From: a virus
Direction: 5' to 3' (one strand)
DNA length: 64,000 bases
IMG/VR virus record: IMGVR_UViG_3300047994_000617
Location: 64,626 to 128,625 of that record
Part shown: positions 18,879-27,659 of the stretch, piece by piece
How the letters are laid out: each line of letters opens with the position of its first letter
Position numbering within the stretch: the first letter of the stretch is position 1
Made by a program: the position numbers and the translations under genes
The notes under the pieces: generated by a model
What the model was told of the DNA's origin: nothing
Databases searched by the model: none
The model's input: only the letters and a program-made list of their open reading frames with translations

Positions 18879-19990
18879 GTCTGAACCTCCCTCGGTGCTC
18901 CCGGCGCCGTCGCCGCCGGGATCGCCAACTGGACGCCGCCAGCGGGCAGTGGTCGCAGCCACCCCTCCGTCCGGAGGCGCTCGCAGTTCTTCCGGAACGT
19001 GGCCTCTGCGATGTCCTCGTCCATGATCATGCACTGGGCATAGGTCATGCGGGCGTAGTCGATTCGCAGCGCGCCAGCTTCGTCGCACTGGGTAGCCAGG
19101 AAGCGGAGCGTCCTGCCGGCGGAGCTACGCCACCGGACCCTCTCGGCCGCTGCGACGATCGCCTTGCCGACGGGTGTCGTGGGGCTCTTCGCCGCTTCGC
19201 GCGCTTCTTCGGCCCGCTCCGCTGCTTCGCGCTTTGCCCGTTCCTGGAGGGCGCGGGCTTCCAGCGCCGCGGCGGCGTCGCGCACGGCGCGCTCCCCGTT
19301 CTCCCCCCGCACCTCGTGCTCCAAGAAGATGTGGTAGTCCTCGGCAATCTCGCGGGCGGCCCGGTAGTACCTCTCCCAACCCACGTACTGAGAGCCGTTG
19401 CCGCCCTCGGCGAGCGCCGCGATTTCGTCGTCCAATTCCTGCGAGGTCTCCATCGTCCGAGCCCGCGCCTCCGCCGTGAACCGGAGCCAGCGCTTGAGCC
19501 TCGCCAGTTCGGTGGACTCGGCCTCGAGGGCAGCGAGACGCGCGGCGGCCAGCGCAGGGGCTTCGGGGGCGGGGCGGGCGATCTTTCCGTCCACCGCCAT
19601 CAGGAAGACCCGTACGACGGCGACCTGGAGCTGGACCGCCTTCTTGGTCTTCAGCCGCATCGTGATGAGCACGGCGGCCTCGCGGTTCAGGTAGTAGACC
19701 CTGACCGGCTGCGAGCGACCCTTCCCGGAGCTGACCACTTCCGTAACCGTTCGGAAATAGGCGCCATTATTGGCGTCGCCGCCGGCGACGCCAATCTCGG
19801 CGAGCAGGCCCTCCTCGTTGGCCTTCTTGATGTGCGTCCGGATGTCGCGCTCGTTGGCCAACTCGGCGCGCGCCGCGAGGTCTACGTCCTTGATCCAGTA
19901 GTCGGTCCCGTCGCCGAAGAGCATCCATCCATCGACCTGAATGGGAACGAGCGCGGTCGCGAGTGCGGCTCCATCTACGCCCATGGTCAT
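18875..19990 (-). CDS. Antirepressor-like protein (Rha/AntA-like N-terminal domain) with C-terminal HTH-like region
   Basis: IKDVDLA..L...RDIR..I..GKGRSQPVRVYYLNREAAVLITMRLKTKKA; middle region shared with 20212-21084. Confidence 0.6.
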   Translation of the reverse strand: MTMGVDGAALATALVPIQVDGWMLFGDGTDYWIKDVDLAARAELANERDIRTHIKKANEEGLLAEIGVAGGDANNGAYFRTVTEVVSSGKGRSQPVRVYYLNREAAVLITMRLKTKKAVQLQVAVVRVFLMAVDGKIARPAPEAPALAAARLAALEAESTELARLKRWLRFTAEARARTMETSQELDDEIAALAEGGNGSQYVGWERYYRAAREIAEDYHIFLEHEVRGENGERAVRDAAAALEARALQERAKREAAERAEEAREAAKSPTTPVGKAIVAAAERVRWRSSAGRTLRFLATQCDEAGALRIDYARMTYAQCMIMDEDIAEATFRKNCERLRTEGWLRPLPAGGVQLAIPAATAPGAPREVQT

Positions 19991-20092
19991 CTCAGTCCTA
20001 CCTTTCCCTACCCAGCCAACGCGCTCCGGGCTATGGGGCTCCCGCCTACGCCTCGGGCTCGGGAAGCCGTTCCGCGCGCCGCGCGTCCTCGC

Positions 20093-20215
20093 TCATGATG
20101 TCGGGCCCTTCTGGGGCTTGCGCGGCCCGTCGCCCTCTTCGAGCGCGTCGAGGGCACGCTGGGCGCGGAGCCCTAGGAACGCCCACCTGTAGCTGAAGCT
20201 GGTCACGATCGTCAT
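20093..20215 (-). CDS. 40-aa ORF (MTIVTSFSYRWAFLGL...)
   Basis: ATGA overlap, RBS AAGGA; shares 25 bp with the start of the lipoprotein gene. Confidence 0.4.
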   Translation of the reverse strand: MTIVTSFSYRWAFLGLRAQRALDALEEGDGPRKPQKGPTS

Positions 20216-21084
20216 CCTTCCTTGGGCGCCGCTGCAGGTTCCGCTCCGTCACCCGCGCGTCGCACCCAGTGGAAATAGCCGCGGCGTGCAGCGCGACGCC
20301 GGAGAAGTTCCGCATCCAGGTCGTTGACGGCCGCGAGGCCGTCGAGCCCCTGCATCTCCTGCTCGAGGAAGAGGATGCAGTCCTCCACGATCAGGGTCGT
20401 AGCAACGAGGTGGCGCTCCCAGCCCACGACCGGCCCCACCACCTGCGCGCGAGAGGCTGCGTGTTCGTCCTGGATCTGGTCGTTGACCTGAAGCACCCGG
20501 GCGCGCAAACCGGCGATGAAGCGCGTCCATCGCCGGTACTTGGCCAGCTCCGCGGCGTCAGCCTCCACCTGAGCGGCTCGTGCTTCCAGCTCAGCGATCC
20601 GACTGGAAACCGGCGGTGGCAGTGGCGTCGCAAAGTGCGGGTTCACGGCGGCGCCCTCAAACGTGTAGGCCGCGAGAGCCTCGTACATCTCCTCCTGGAT
20701 CCCGTCCAGCCGCGCCCGGACCTCATCACGGACGCGGGTACGATCGAACCCGAGCAGGAAGGCCGGTAGGTATTTCAGGTCGAGCGCTAGGCCGTCCTGT
20801 TCGCCGCTCGGGGAGGGGTATCGCATCATGCGACACCCCCCACGGTAGGCTCGTTTTGCCCGCGCCTTCGCTGCGTTCACGGCCGCGCCGAGGCGCTCCG
20901 CGATTTCGGCCGGCAGCACGTACCGATGCCTATCCTCGCCGAGCAGCAGGCGCACCGCGAAGAGGCCGGACACGCTCACCTCGGCGACCGCCTTCAGGCC
21001 GACCCGAGGGATCTCCTGCTTCGGTCGCGCGGCGCTCGCGGTGAGTCTCGCCTGTTTCGCCTTGGTCGTGGTCATCCTGGTCAT
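20212..21084 (-). CDS. P22_AR N-terminal-like antirepressor
   Basis: YVLPAEIAERLG..LALDLKYLPAFLLGFDRTRVRDEVRARLDGIQEEMYEALAAY. Confidence 0.7.
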   Translation of the reverse strand: MTRMTTTKAKQARLTASAARPKQEIPRVGLKAVAEVSVSGLFAVRLLLGEDRHRYVLPAEIAERLGAAVNAAKARAKRAYRGGCRMMRYPSPSGEQDGLALDLKYLPAFLLGFDRTRVRDEVRARLDGIQEEMYEALAAYTFEGAAVNPHFATPLPPPVSSRIAELEARAAQVEADAAELAKYRRWTRFIAGLRARVLQVNDQIQDEHAASRAQVVGPVVGWERHLVATTLIVEDCILFLEQEMQGLDGLAAVNDLDAELLRRRAARRGYFHWVRRAGDGAEPAAAPKEG

Positions 21085-21247
21085 AGTGGTCCCACCTTTC
21101 CCTACCTGACCAACGCGCGGCGCGCCCAACGGCTTCCCGAGACCCGCGGCCCGGGCGGCGCCGGCGGGAGCCCCGGCAACAGCTTCCTCTCCTGCGGGAG
21201 AGGGTGGCAGGCGGGTATGAGGAGTGCGGCGGCGGACCGGGCGGCCA

Positions 21248-22030
21248 TCAGTGGAGGCTCCCACCGTCGCCATCGGACACGGCAGACGCGGCTTCCGACG
21301 CGTCGGTGCCGTACGCTTCCAGCCCGAGAGCCCGGCGACTCGGGCGCTCGTACTCGAGGTTCATCGCCATCATCGGCTCCCTCGCCCCGTCCCAGTGGTT
21401 CTTGGGGAGGAGACTGAAACCGAGCCGACCCCAGTGCTTGACGAGCTTCGCGATGGCAGCGGCCTGCTCCGCGAGCGCCGCCTCCGTGCGCTCGGCCTGC
21501 GGATCCTCGAATTGGAGGGGGAACGGCTTGCAGACGGCGATCCCGCAGCCGTGGTGGAACGCGTCGAGGAACCGTGTCGCGGCGGCGAGCCCGAGATCCT
21601 GGCCGCGGTGAGCCGGGTCGACCTCCAGGCGGCGCAACAGCAAGAGGCCCTCCGTGCAGACGTCGTGAAGATCCGGGATGTCCTTGTGGGGCTCCTCGGT
21701 CGACGCATCGTAGACCGCTTCGTAGGCCCGCAGGAGCTCGTGGCTGTGGCAGTCGCAGGCTTCCGAGAAGTCCCACGTGTCGCACGGGTGCGCGATGGTG
21801 CCCTCGACGATCCCGACCTCCACGGCCTCTCCCCGTTCCTCCTCCTCGCGGAGCACATGGAGGATGTGGCCGTCCACATCGAGCACGCCCTCCGGCTCCT
21901 GCTCGCCGAAGAGGCACTGACGGATGCTGAATCGGACCTCGTAGTGGCCCTCATGCGTGCCGCGGTTCGCGAGAACGCGCGCGAGCCGTCGGCCGCCCTT
22001 GGTCTTCTTCCCCTTGCGCTCTCTGGTCAT
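21248..22030 (-). CDS. GNAT-fold-like protein
   Basis: LLRRLEVDPAHRGQDLG (motif A) ... KLVKHWGRLGF. Confidence 0.55.
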   Translation of the reverse strand: MTRERKGKKTKGGRRLARVLANRGTHEGHYEVRFSIRQCLFGEQEPEGVLDVDGHILHVLREEEERGEAVEVGIVEGTIAHPCDTWDFSEACDCHSHELLRAYEAVYDASTEEPHKDIPDLHDVCTEGLLLLRRLEVDPAHRGQDLGLAAATRFLDAFHHGCGIAVCKPFPLQFEDPQAERTEAALAEQAAAIAKLVKHWGRLGFSLLPKNHWDGAREPMMAMNLEYERPSRRALGLEAYGTDASEAASAVSDGDGGSLH

Positions 22031-22192
22031 CGGTCCCCCTTCGCTCGCCCCTCGGGCCCTTTCGCGATCTCCGCCTCCGTCTCAGCGGCGGTCACCACGA
22101 CCCCTCCAACCGCACGCTCCCCGCCCCGATCCCCACCCTTGGTCGCCCCGGCGCCGGATCCCGGCGCCATGCTCTCGGAGAAGGCGTGCCCA

Positions 22193-22441
22193 TCAGACCG
22201 ATCCCTCCTCGTCCTCGTGTCCGGGCTCTCGGGTCGTGCCTACGACGGTCAGCTTGCCGTCGCCCATGAGGCACCAGATGAACCCGGCGGAGACATCTTC
22301 CGGCGGGAGCGGGGCGAGCGCGTTGACCTCGACCATGAGCGCGTCCATCTCCGCGACGAGCGCGCTCGTCCGGGCCTCGATGGCTTCGAGGCGCGCGGCC
22401 TTCGCCGGGTCCGACGGCCAGTGGTGACGGGGCTTGACCAT
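22193..22441 (-). CDS. Hypothetical protein
   Basis: RBS GAGG, plausible composition. Confidence 0.4.
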   Translation of the reverse strand: MVKPRHHWPSDPAKAARLEAIEARTSALVAEMDALMVEVNALAPLPPEDVSAGFIWCLMGDGKLTVVGTTREPGHEDEEGSV

Positions 22442-22487
22442 CAGCGCACCTCGCGGTCAGGGGCCCGCCCCGGCGCTTTGGGCTTCG

Positions 22488-23924
22488 TCACCACGATCCC
22501 TCCACCCTCACGTTCCCGGCCCCGATCCCCACCCTCGGCCTCGTCGGCGCCGGATCTCGAAGCCCCAGCCACAAGGCTCCCCCCGCCACGCCAGCCGCCC
22601 CCGCGATCAGGGTGACCGTGGTGGCCGCCCCCGTCGCGCCCCCGAGGCTTGCCGCGTTCCGCGCGGCCTGGGAGCACGTCATCGTGAACCCGTCGCACCC
22701 GCCCTTGTTGACGTTCGATTCGTGGAGGGTGATGCCCCCCAAGACCGCCGCGGCGGCCAGGGAGGCCACCCCGATCCCCCCGACCACCCAGGGGCCGACG
22801 CTGGTCCGCCCCTCGCCTGGCAAGGGCCCCCTGGGCGCCACGGGGCCCACCGCGGAGGGGAGCGCGCCCGACGCCGCCACGGGCCCAGCGGGCGCCACCA
22901 CCGGCGGAGCCTCGGCGCCCACCACTACCGGCTTCGTCTTCCCCTCGACGAGCTGGACCTCCAGCGTCCACGGGGCATGCCCGGGCGCCCTCACCACCAG
23001 CGTGTGGACGCCCGGATCGAACGGGAGCGCGATCCCCCAGGTCCCCGAGGCGCCAACTGTGGAGCTGCCCTCGGTCACCACCAGCTCCGCTGGCGCCCCG
23101 GGGGCGAGCTGGAGCTCCAGCCGCGGGAGGCGGGCCGCCACGGCGTCGATCCGCGCCTGGACCTTGGCGATCCGAGGATCGCCCGGGAGGAGCTTCTTCA
23201 ACGCCGACCTGTAGGCTTCCCAGGCCGCAGCGACCCGGCCCCGCCGCTCCTCGCAATCGCCGAGGTTGGCCCGGGCGCCGGCGGCGGCCTCAAGCTGGTC
23301 CGAGGCCCGGAACCGGGCGCAGGCTGTCGGCAGGTCGCCGGCGGTCAGCGCGGTCCTGCCTTGCTCGTAGAGCTCCAGGGCAGCGGCGGAAGAGGGCTGG
23401 TCCTGGGGCGGCTGGGCCTGGGCGAGGGAGGGGGAGAGGCCGAGGAGCAGGAAGAGCGCGAGGAGCAGCGGAGCCCAGAGGTCCGAGATCCCCAGCACGG
23501 CGGCGCTCTTGGCGAACGCGGCCTTGCGCTTCTCGTTCAGCCCGTCCTTCGCCGTCGAGACCAGGCAGTCTCCGATCCGGCCCCAGCGCCATCCCCACGA
23601 GAGCGGGGTCCCGAACGCAGACGGGTTCCGCTCGCTCGCGAAGTGCCCCCACGGGTTCGTGCGGTCGTGGCCGCACACGATGAGCCGCGCGAGGAGCGCG
23701 CCGCGGGGCTCTCGCGCCGCGCGGGCGGCGAGCCTCGCGACCCACACCGGCGGCACGTAGCTGAACGCCTCCTTGGAATGAAGAGTACGGGCCTTCCGGA
23801 CGTCTTCGTCTGTCGGGTCGAAGGCCGGGCACGGCTCCCCGGCGTACGAACCGTGCTCGGCCCATCCATCGGAGCGCGCGGTGCGCGGATCCTCGGCCTG
23901 AACTTCGCGGGTCTCGGTGCTCAT
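22488..23924 (-). CDS. TPR/PEGA-type myxobacterial membrane protein with an extra N-terminal domain
   Basis: LYEQGRTALTAGD..ACARFRAS..NLGDCEERRGRVAAAWEAY; two TM segments flanking a C-x5-C loop; internal signal-peptide-like stretch. Confidence 0.7.
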   Translation of the reverse strand: MSTETREVQAEDPRTARSDGWAEHGSYAGEPCPAFDPTDEDVRKARTLHSKEAFSYVPPVWVARLAARAAREPRGALLARLIVCGHDRTNPWGHFASERNPSAFGTPLSWGWRWGRIGDCLVSTAKDGLNEKRKAAFAKSAAVLGISDLWAPLLLALFLLLGLSPSLAQAQPPQDQPSSAAALELYEQGRTALTAGDLPTACARFRASDQLEAAAGARANLGDCEERRGRVAAAWEAYRSALKKLLPGDPRIAKVQARIDAVAARLPRLELQLAPGAPAELVVTEGSSTVGASGTWGIALPFDPGVHTLVVRAPGHAPWTLEVQLVEGKTKPVVVGAEAPPVVAPAGPVAASGALPSAVGPVAPRGPLPGEGRTSVGPWVVGGIGVASLAAAAVLGGITLHESNVNKGGCDGFTMTCSQAARNAASLGGATGAATTVTLIAGAAGVAGGALWLGLRDPAPTRPRVGIGAGNVRVEGSW

Positions 23925-24526
23925 GATGCAGACGCTCCCATGGGCGCTGGCGTGGCGGCGAAGTCGCGCACCTCAACGTCGCGCTGCGCCTCCAGCGCGG
24001 CGGCGCACTCGGGGGCGCGTCCGCTCACCGCCAGCGCGCTGGCGAGAGCATCCGCGAGCGCCTCTGCGCCGCGGGCAACGATCGCCCGAGCGCGGCCTTG
24101 ATAGACCCAGCTATCCCGATCCCACGTATGCGGTCGCGCAAGCCACTGCGCGGCACGGTTGATGTACAGAGGTTCGTAGCAAGTAAAGCCGGGTCCCGAA
24201 CTCGGCCGACGGAACCAGAGTCCGTCGAGGTCTCGGAGGGCTACGATCGCCGAGGGGAATTTGGGCGGCGTCTCAAGGTCGTACGCGAGGATCAGATCCT
24301 CACGCGCAAGGAGCGCCTCGTAGGCCCACCCACCCAGAGAAATGGCGTGCGTCGGGCCGCGAAGCACGGTCGTGACAGGCCGCGCGCACGACGCGGCGAA
24401 GTCCTCGACGCGCCACGAGACTGAGTTCCACGTCGGACCCTCCTCGCGGACGAACGCTGCCTCTGCGGTCGTCGCCGCGGCCTTGAAGTCGAAGCCATCG
24501 ACCCATCGGTTCTTGTGCAGGTACAT
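23921..24526 (-). CDS. Hypothetical protein
   Basis: Stop overlaps the next start; start codon uncertain. Confidence 0.5.
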   Translation of the reverse strand: MYLHKNRWVDGFDFKAAATTAEAAFVREEGPTWNSVSWRVEDFAASCARPVTTVLRGPTHAISLGGWAYEALLAREDLILAYDLETPPKFPSAIVALRDLDGLWFRRPSSGPGFTCYEPLYINRAAQWLARPHTWDRDSWVYQGRARAIVARGAEALADALASALAVSGRAPECAAALEAQRDVEVRDFAATPAPMGASAS

Positions 24527-24608
24527 GATCCGGTGCCTCCCTACAGGTTGCGCTCCCGGGTCGAGCGACCCGCGAGCAGTTCGGCTGCCGCGCGCTCCGC
24601 CGCAGTGC

Positions 24609-25154
24609 TCACGCCGCGCCGCCCGCCAGAGAGGCCGCGAGCGCGCGCACCTCATCGTCGCGCTTCGCATCGAGCGCAGCGGTGCGCGACATCATGCCGC
24701 CCACCTCCGCGACCCACCCCTCGGGGTGGGCCGTGCCGCGGCGGTTGGCGTCGCCGAGCGCTGCCGCCCGGGTCAGCCCCTCGTAGGCGAAACTCGGGCG
24801 CCAGAGCGTCGCCGCCGCGATCTCGAACGGCGTCAGCCCCTCCTCCGGATTGGGCCCCGTGGTGGAGACCGCCGCCCCGTCCCACTCGTCGAGGTCCTTC
24901 GCCTCGGCCTTGTATACGGCCACGATCGCGATGGCGTAGAGCCGCGCCTTGCGCGATCGTGCTCCGATGTAGCGCCAGGGCTCCATGGTCCCGGGCGCCT
25001 TCCCCTCGGCCAGGAGCACCTCGGGGTCGAGCGGTCGCGTGGTCCCGACGCGGTAGTGCAACGAATCAAGTTCGTCCCAGATTTGCTGGCGCTCGCTCCG
25101 AGGGAGCCGCGCCGCCGCCATCTCGCCCATGCCGCGCCCGCTAAAATCTTGCAT
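24609..25154 (-). CDS. Hypothetical protein
   Basis: AGGAGG RBS before ATG at 25154. Confidence 0.55.
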   Translation of the reverse strand: MQDFSGRGMGEMAAARLPRSERQQIWDELDSLHYRVGTTRPLDPEVLLAEGKAPGTMEPWRYIGARSRKARLYAIAIVAVYKAEAKDLDEWDGAAVSTTGPNPEEGLTPFEIAAATLWRPSFAYEGLTRAAALGDANRRGTAHPEGWVAEVGGMMSRTAALDAKRDDEVRALAASLAGGAA

Positions 25155-25226
25155 CGAGAGCCTCCTAACGCCGCGAGCCGCCCCCAGCGTGACCTGGGTG
25201 GCGGCTTGTACTCGCGGCGTTGCCAT

Positions 25227-25955
25227 CTACCCCGCGGGCGCCGTCGAGACGGCCGAGGCGGCAAGCGCGGCCGCAACGACCGACCAGGGGATCTCGCGCC
25301 GCACGATGCTGGCTGCAACGAGGGCCTCGTCGTCGGTTAGTTCATGTTGAAAATGGTTGTACCCGAAGGCGGGACCGACGAAAGCACCGAGCGCCCGGAT
25401 CGCCCGGAGTCGGTGCTCAAGGTCGACGTCCGCCTGATCCGCCGCCCATAGGAGCCAGTTCGGGCGGGGGCATTGTTCCCATGCCTCCTGCGGGCTCACG
25501 TCGCCGAGGCCCAGAAGCCAGGCTTTCCCGTTTGCGCAGAGGGTCTTCTTGGCGACACGGACGAGGGTCTCAAGGGCGTCCACGGGTCCTCCGACGCCGC
25601 AGGCCGCCCCCAGCGTGACCTGGGTGGCGGCGGTGCGCGCGGCGTTCCTTGCGTCATGCGGCGGGCTCTCGGGCGCGGTCGGGCCTGGGTTCGCCTCGTC
25701 CGTGATGACATCCGCGCGCGGACCGGCCTCGCCGGCCTCATCTTGGACGCTCCGCAGCAGATCAAAGCCGGCTTGTACGCGCCAGGCAGCGACACCCGGA
25801 TCGGTCGGCCCCCTCCGCGCTCCGAACCGCTCCTCGGGCGCCGGGAAGTGCCCCACGTGGACGCGTCCCTTCTGGCCGCAGACGTTGCACGGGCGCTGGG
25901 GATCCTCGATGGTCATGTCGACCGAGGCGACCGCGACGCTGGCGCGAGCGCTCAC
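25227..25955 (-). CDS. Hypothetical phage protein(s); possible internal start at 25583
   Basis: CNVC N-terminal part; C-terminal C..G..W..AWEQCPRPNWLLW module; internal GGAGG+GTG. Confidence 0.45.
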   Translation of the reverse strand: MSARASVAVASVDMTIEDPQRPCNVCGQKGRVHVGHFPAPEERFGARRGPTDPGVAAWRVQAGFDLLRSVQDEAGEAGPRADVITDEANPGPTAPESPPHDARNAARTAATQVTLGAACGVGGPVDALETLVRVAKKTLCANGKAWLLGLGDVSPQEAWEQCPRPNWLLWAADQADVDLEHRLRAIRALGAFVGPAFGYNHFQHELTDDEALVAASIVRREIPWSVVAAALAASAVSTAPAG

Positions 25956-26337
25956 GACGGCCCCCACGCTTCCCGCGCCTCCGCGTCCATCCGCTCCGCC
26001 AAGCCCCTCTCCGGGACCCCAGTGTCCAGGAGGGCGTACAGGGCCCGCGCCCGCTCGCGCTCGGGGCGCGGGTCGCAGCTCCCCCCGTGCTCGGGGTCGC
26101 CGAGCTCCCGCCCGATCGGGTTGCCGATCCGGCAGCGGGGAGAGCAGGGGCGGCGGGCGGTTACGTTCACGCCCTGTAGCCCTCTCGGGCCCGTCGCCGC
26201 GCCTCCCGGTACTCCTCGGGCACCGGGAGGCCGATGGTTTCCTCGACGTCCCGCCGCTGCGCCTCCTGCTCCTCACGCTGCCGGTTCTGATACTCGGGCG
26301 GGATCGTGTCGTCGATCGGGTCGTCGTAGCCCATGGT

Positions 26338-26853
26338 CTACCTCACCCCCGCGCGCGAACGTACCACACCCGCATCAGCCGAGAGCGGTCGCGGGGCGAG
26401 GGCGATGGAGTCGTCGAGCGCGGCGAGGACCTCGGCGTGGGTCCGCTCGGGGGCGTCGTTCCAGGTGGCGAGGGCCAGGAAGTCGTGCCCGGGATCGCTG
26501 CTGTTGTGGAGCCCGAGCGCGCGGGCCACAAGGTGGAGGGCCTGGTCCGTCGCCTGGTCGGTCCCGTGGGCGGCCGCGAGCGCCCCCCACACGTCCCAGC
26601 GGCTCGCGGCCTCGTCCCAGGGCGCGCAGCCGGCCCCGTGACCATCGACGCTGCTGTGGTCCCTGTCCCCGTGGAGCCAGCGCTGGGGGACGCCGAGCAG
26701 CTCTCGGGCGAAGCTCAGAACGGCCAACGGGTCACGCGTCTTGGGCTCGGACGGCGGCGGAGCGGGCTCCGTTGGGACGATGACGACGAGCGACGGTGCG
26801 GCGTCGTGGTTGGCGGACGCAGAACGAGCTACGTTGCGCGCAGCGCTGGACAT
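26338..26853 (-). CDS. DUF6197-like phage protein (copy 2)
   Basis: RWLHGD..WDVWGAL..WNDAPERTHAEVLAALD. Confidence 0.65.
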   Translation of the reverse strand: MSSAARNVARSASANHDAAPSLVVIVPTEPAPPPSEPKTRDPLAVLSFARELLGVPQRWLHGDRDHSSVDGHGAGCAPWDEAASRWDVWGALAAAHGTDQATDQALHLVARALGLHNSSDPGHDFLALATWNDAPERTHAEVLAALDDSIALAPRPLSADAGVVRSRAGVR

Positions 26854-26948
26854 GGGGAACCTCCATCTTCGGCGTGAGGGCTCCCGGGCGGCTGTTATCC
26901 GCACGGGAGCCCGACTGTGGGTGCACAATAGCCAGCCTTGACTTTCTT

Positions 26949-26974
26949 GCAAGACGTAAATCGTAACGACTTGC
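26949..26974. promoter_or_regulatory. Divergent promoter/operator, GCAAG-N16-CTTGC
   Basis: Same position and arms as 14654-14678. Confidence 0.5.
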
Positions 26975-27005
26975 GGACGGTCTCCATTCCACCTAGGTTT
27001 GCGGC

Positions 27006-27296
27006 ATGGCGGTGCGCAGGGCGCCCAGGAAGAAGATGGGGCGGCCCCCGTCGGCGACGGAGAAGGTCGCCGTTCAGATCCGGCTCGAGCTGGACGAAGC
27101 GGAGGCACTTGAGGCGCTGGTAGAGCGTCGTCGCCGAGCCGCAGCAGATGTTGGCGCAACGGTGAGCGCTGCAGCGGTGCTGCGGGCCATCGTGCGCCAT
27201 GCGCTCATCGCCGAGGGGCTACTCCCGACAACGCCCGGGGCCGATGCGTCGCCGCCAGCCACCTCGCCTCCCACCGGGAAACGCGTGCGCGGCTAA
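27006..27296 (+). CDS. Small ribbon-helix-helix-like regulator (copy 2)
   Basis: GRPPSATEKVAVQIRLELDE..AAAVLRAIVRHALIAEGLL. Confidence 0.65.
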   Translation: MAVRRAPRKKMGRPPSATEKVAVQIRLELDEAEALEALVERRRRAAADVGATVSAAAVLRAIVRHALIAEGLLPTTPGADASPPATSPPTGKRVRG

Positions 27297-27375
27297 GGCC
27301 GCTGGGGGCCGGCGCTGCCCGACGTGCGCGTCGAGCAGCGCTCCCTCCCTCCGCTTCGCCGGGGCGAAGGCCCCT

Positions 27376-27447
27376 ACTTATCGGGTCGCGCCGCCGTAAT
27401 AAGGCAAATCGGGTCACGCCGAGGCTCGGTTCGAGCCTTGTTGCCGC
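27376..27447 (+). promoter_or_regulatory. Conserved intergenic element, copy 2, heading the ~33-kb plus-strand operon
   Basis: ACTTATCGGGTCGCG..CCGTAATAAGGCAAATCGGGTCACGCCGA, then hairpin AGGCTCG-GTT-CGAGCCT and TTGTTGCCGC. Confidence 0.7.
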
Positions 27448-27659
27448 TCGGTGCTCGGGCGCACGCTGGACGCTGGCCCGGCCCCGGGCGGAGCATCCAT
27501 GAGCGCCATCATCCAGCCCCCCAGTTCCACGCGGCGGCGCCAAGGCGTCCATGCGCGGTGGCGGGCGTTGCGGCTCGCGCTCTGGAACTCCCTCCGCCTC
27601 GAGGGCGGGCGGATCGTCATCGTCGTCCCCGGCGCGAGGCCGGTCCCCCGAGGTAGCGC

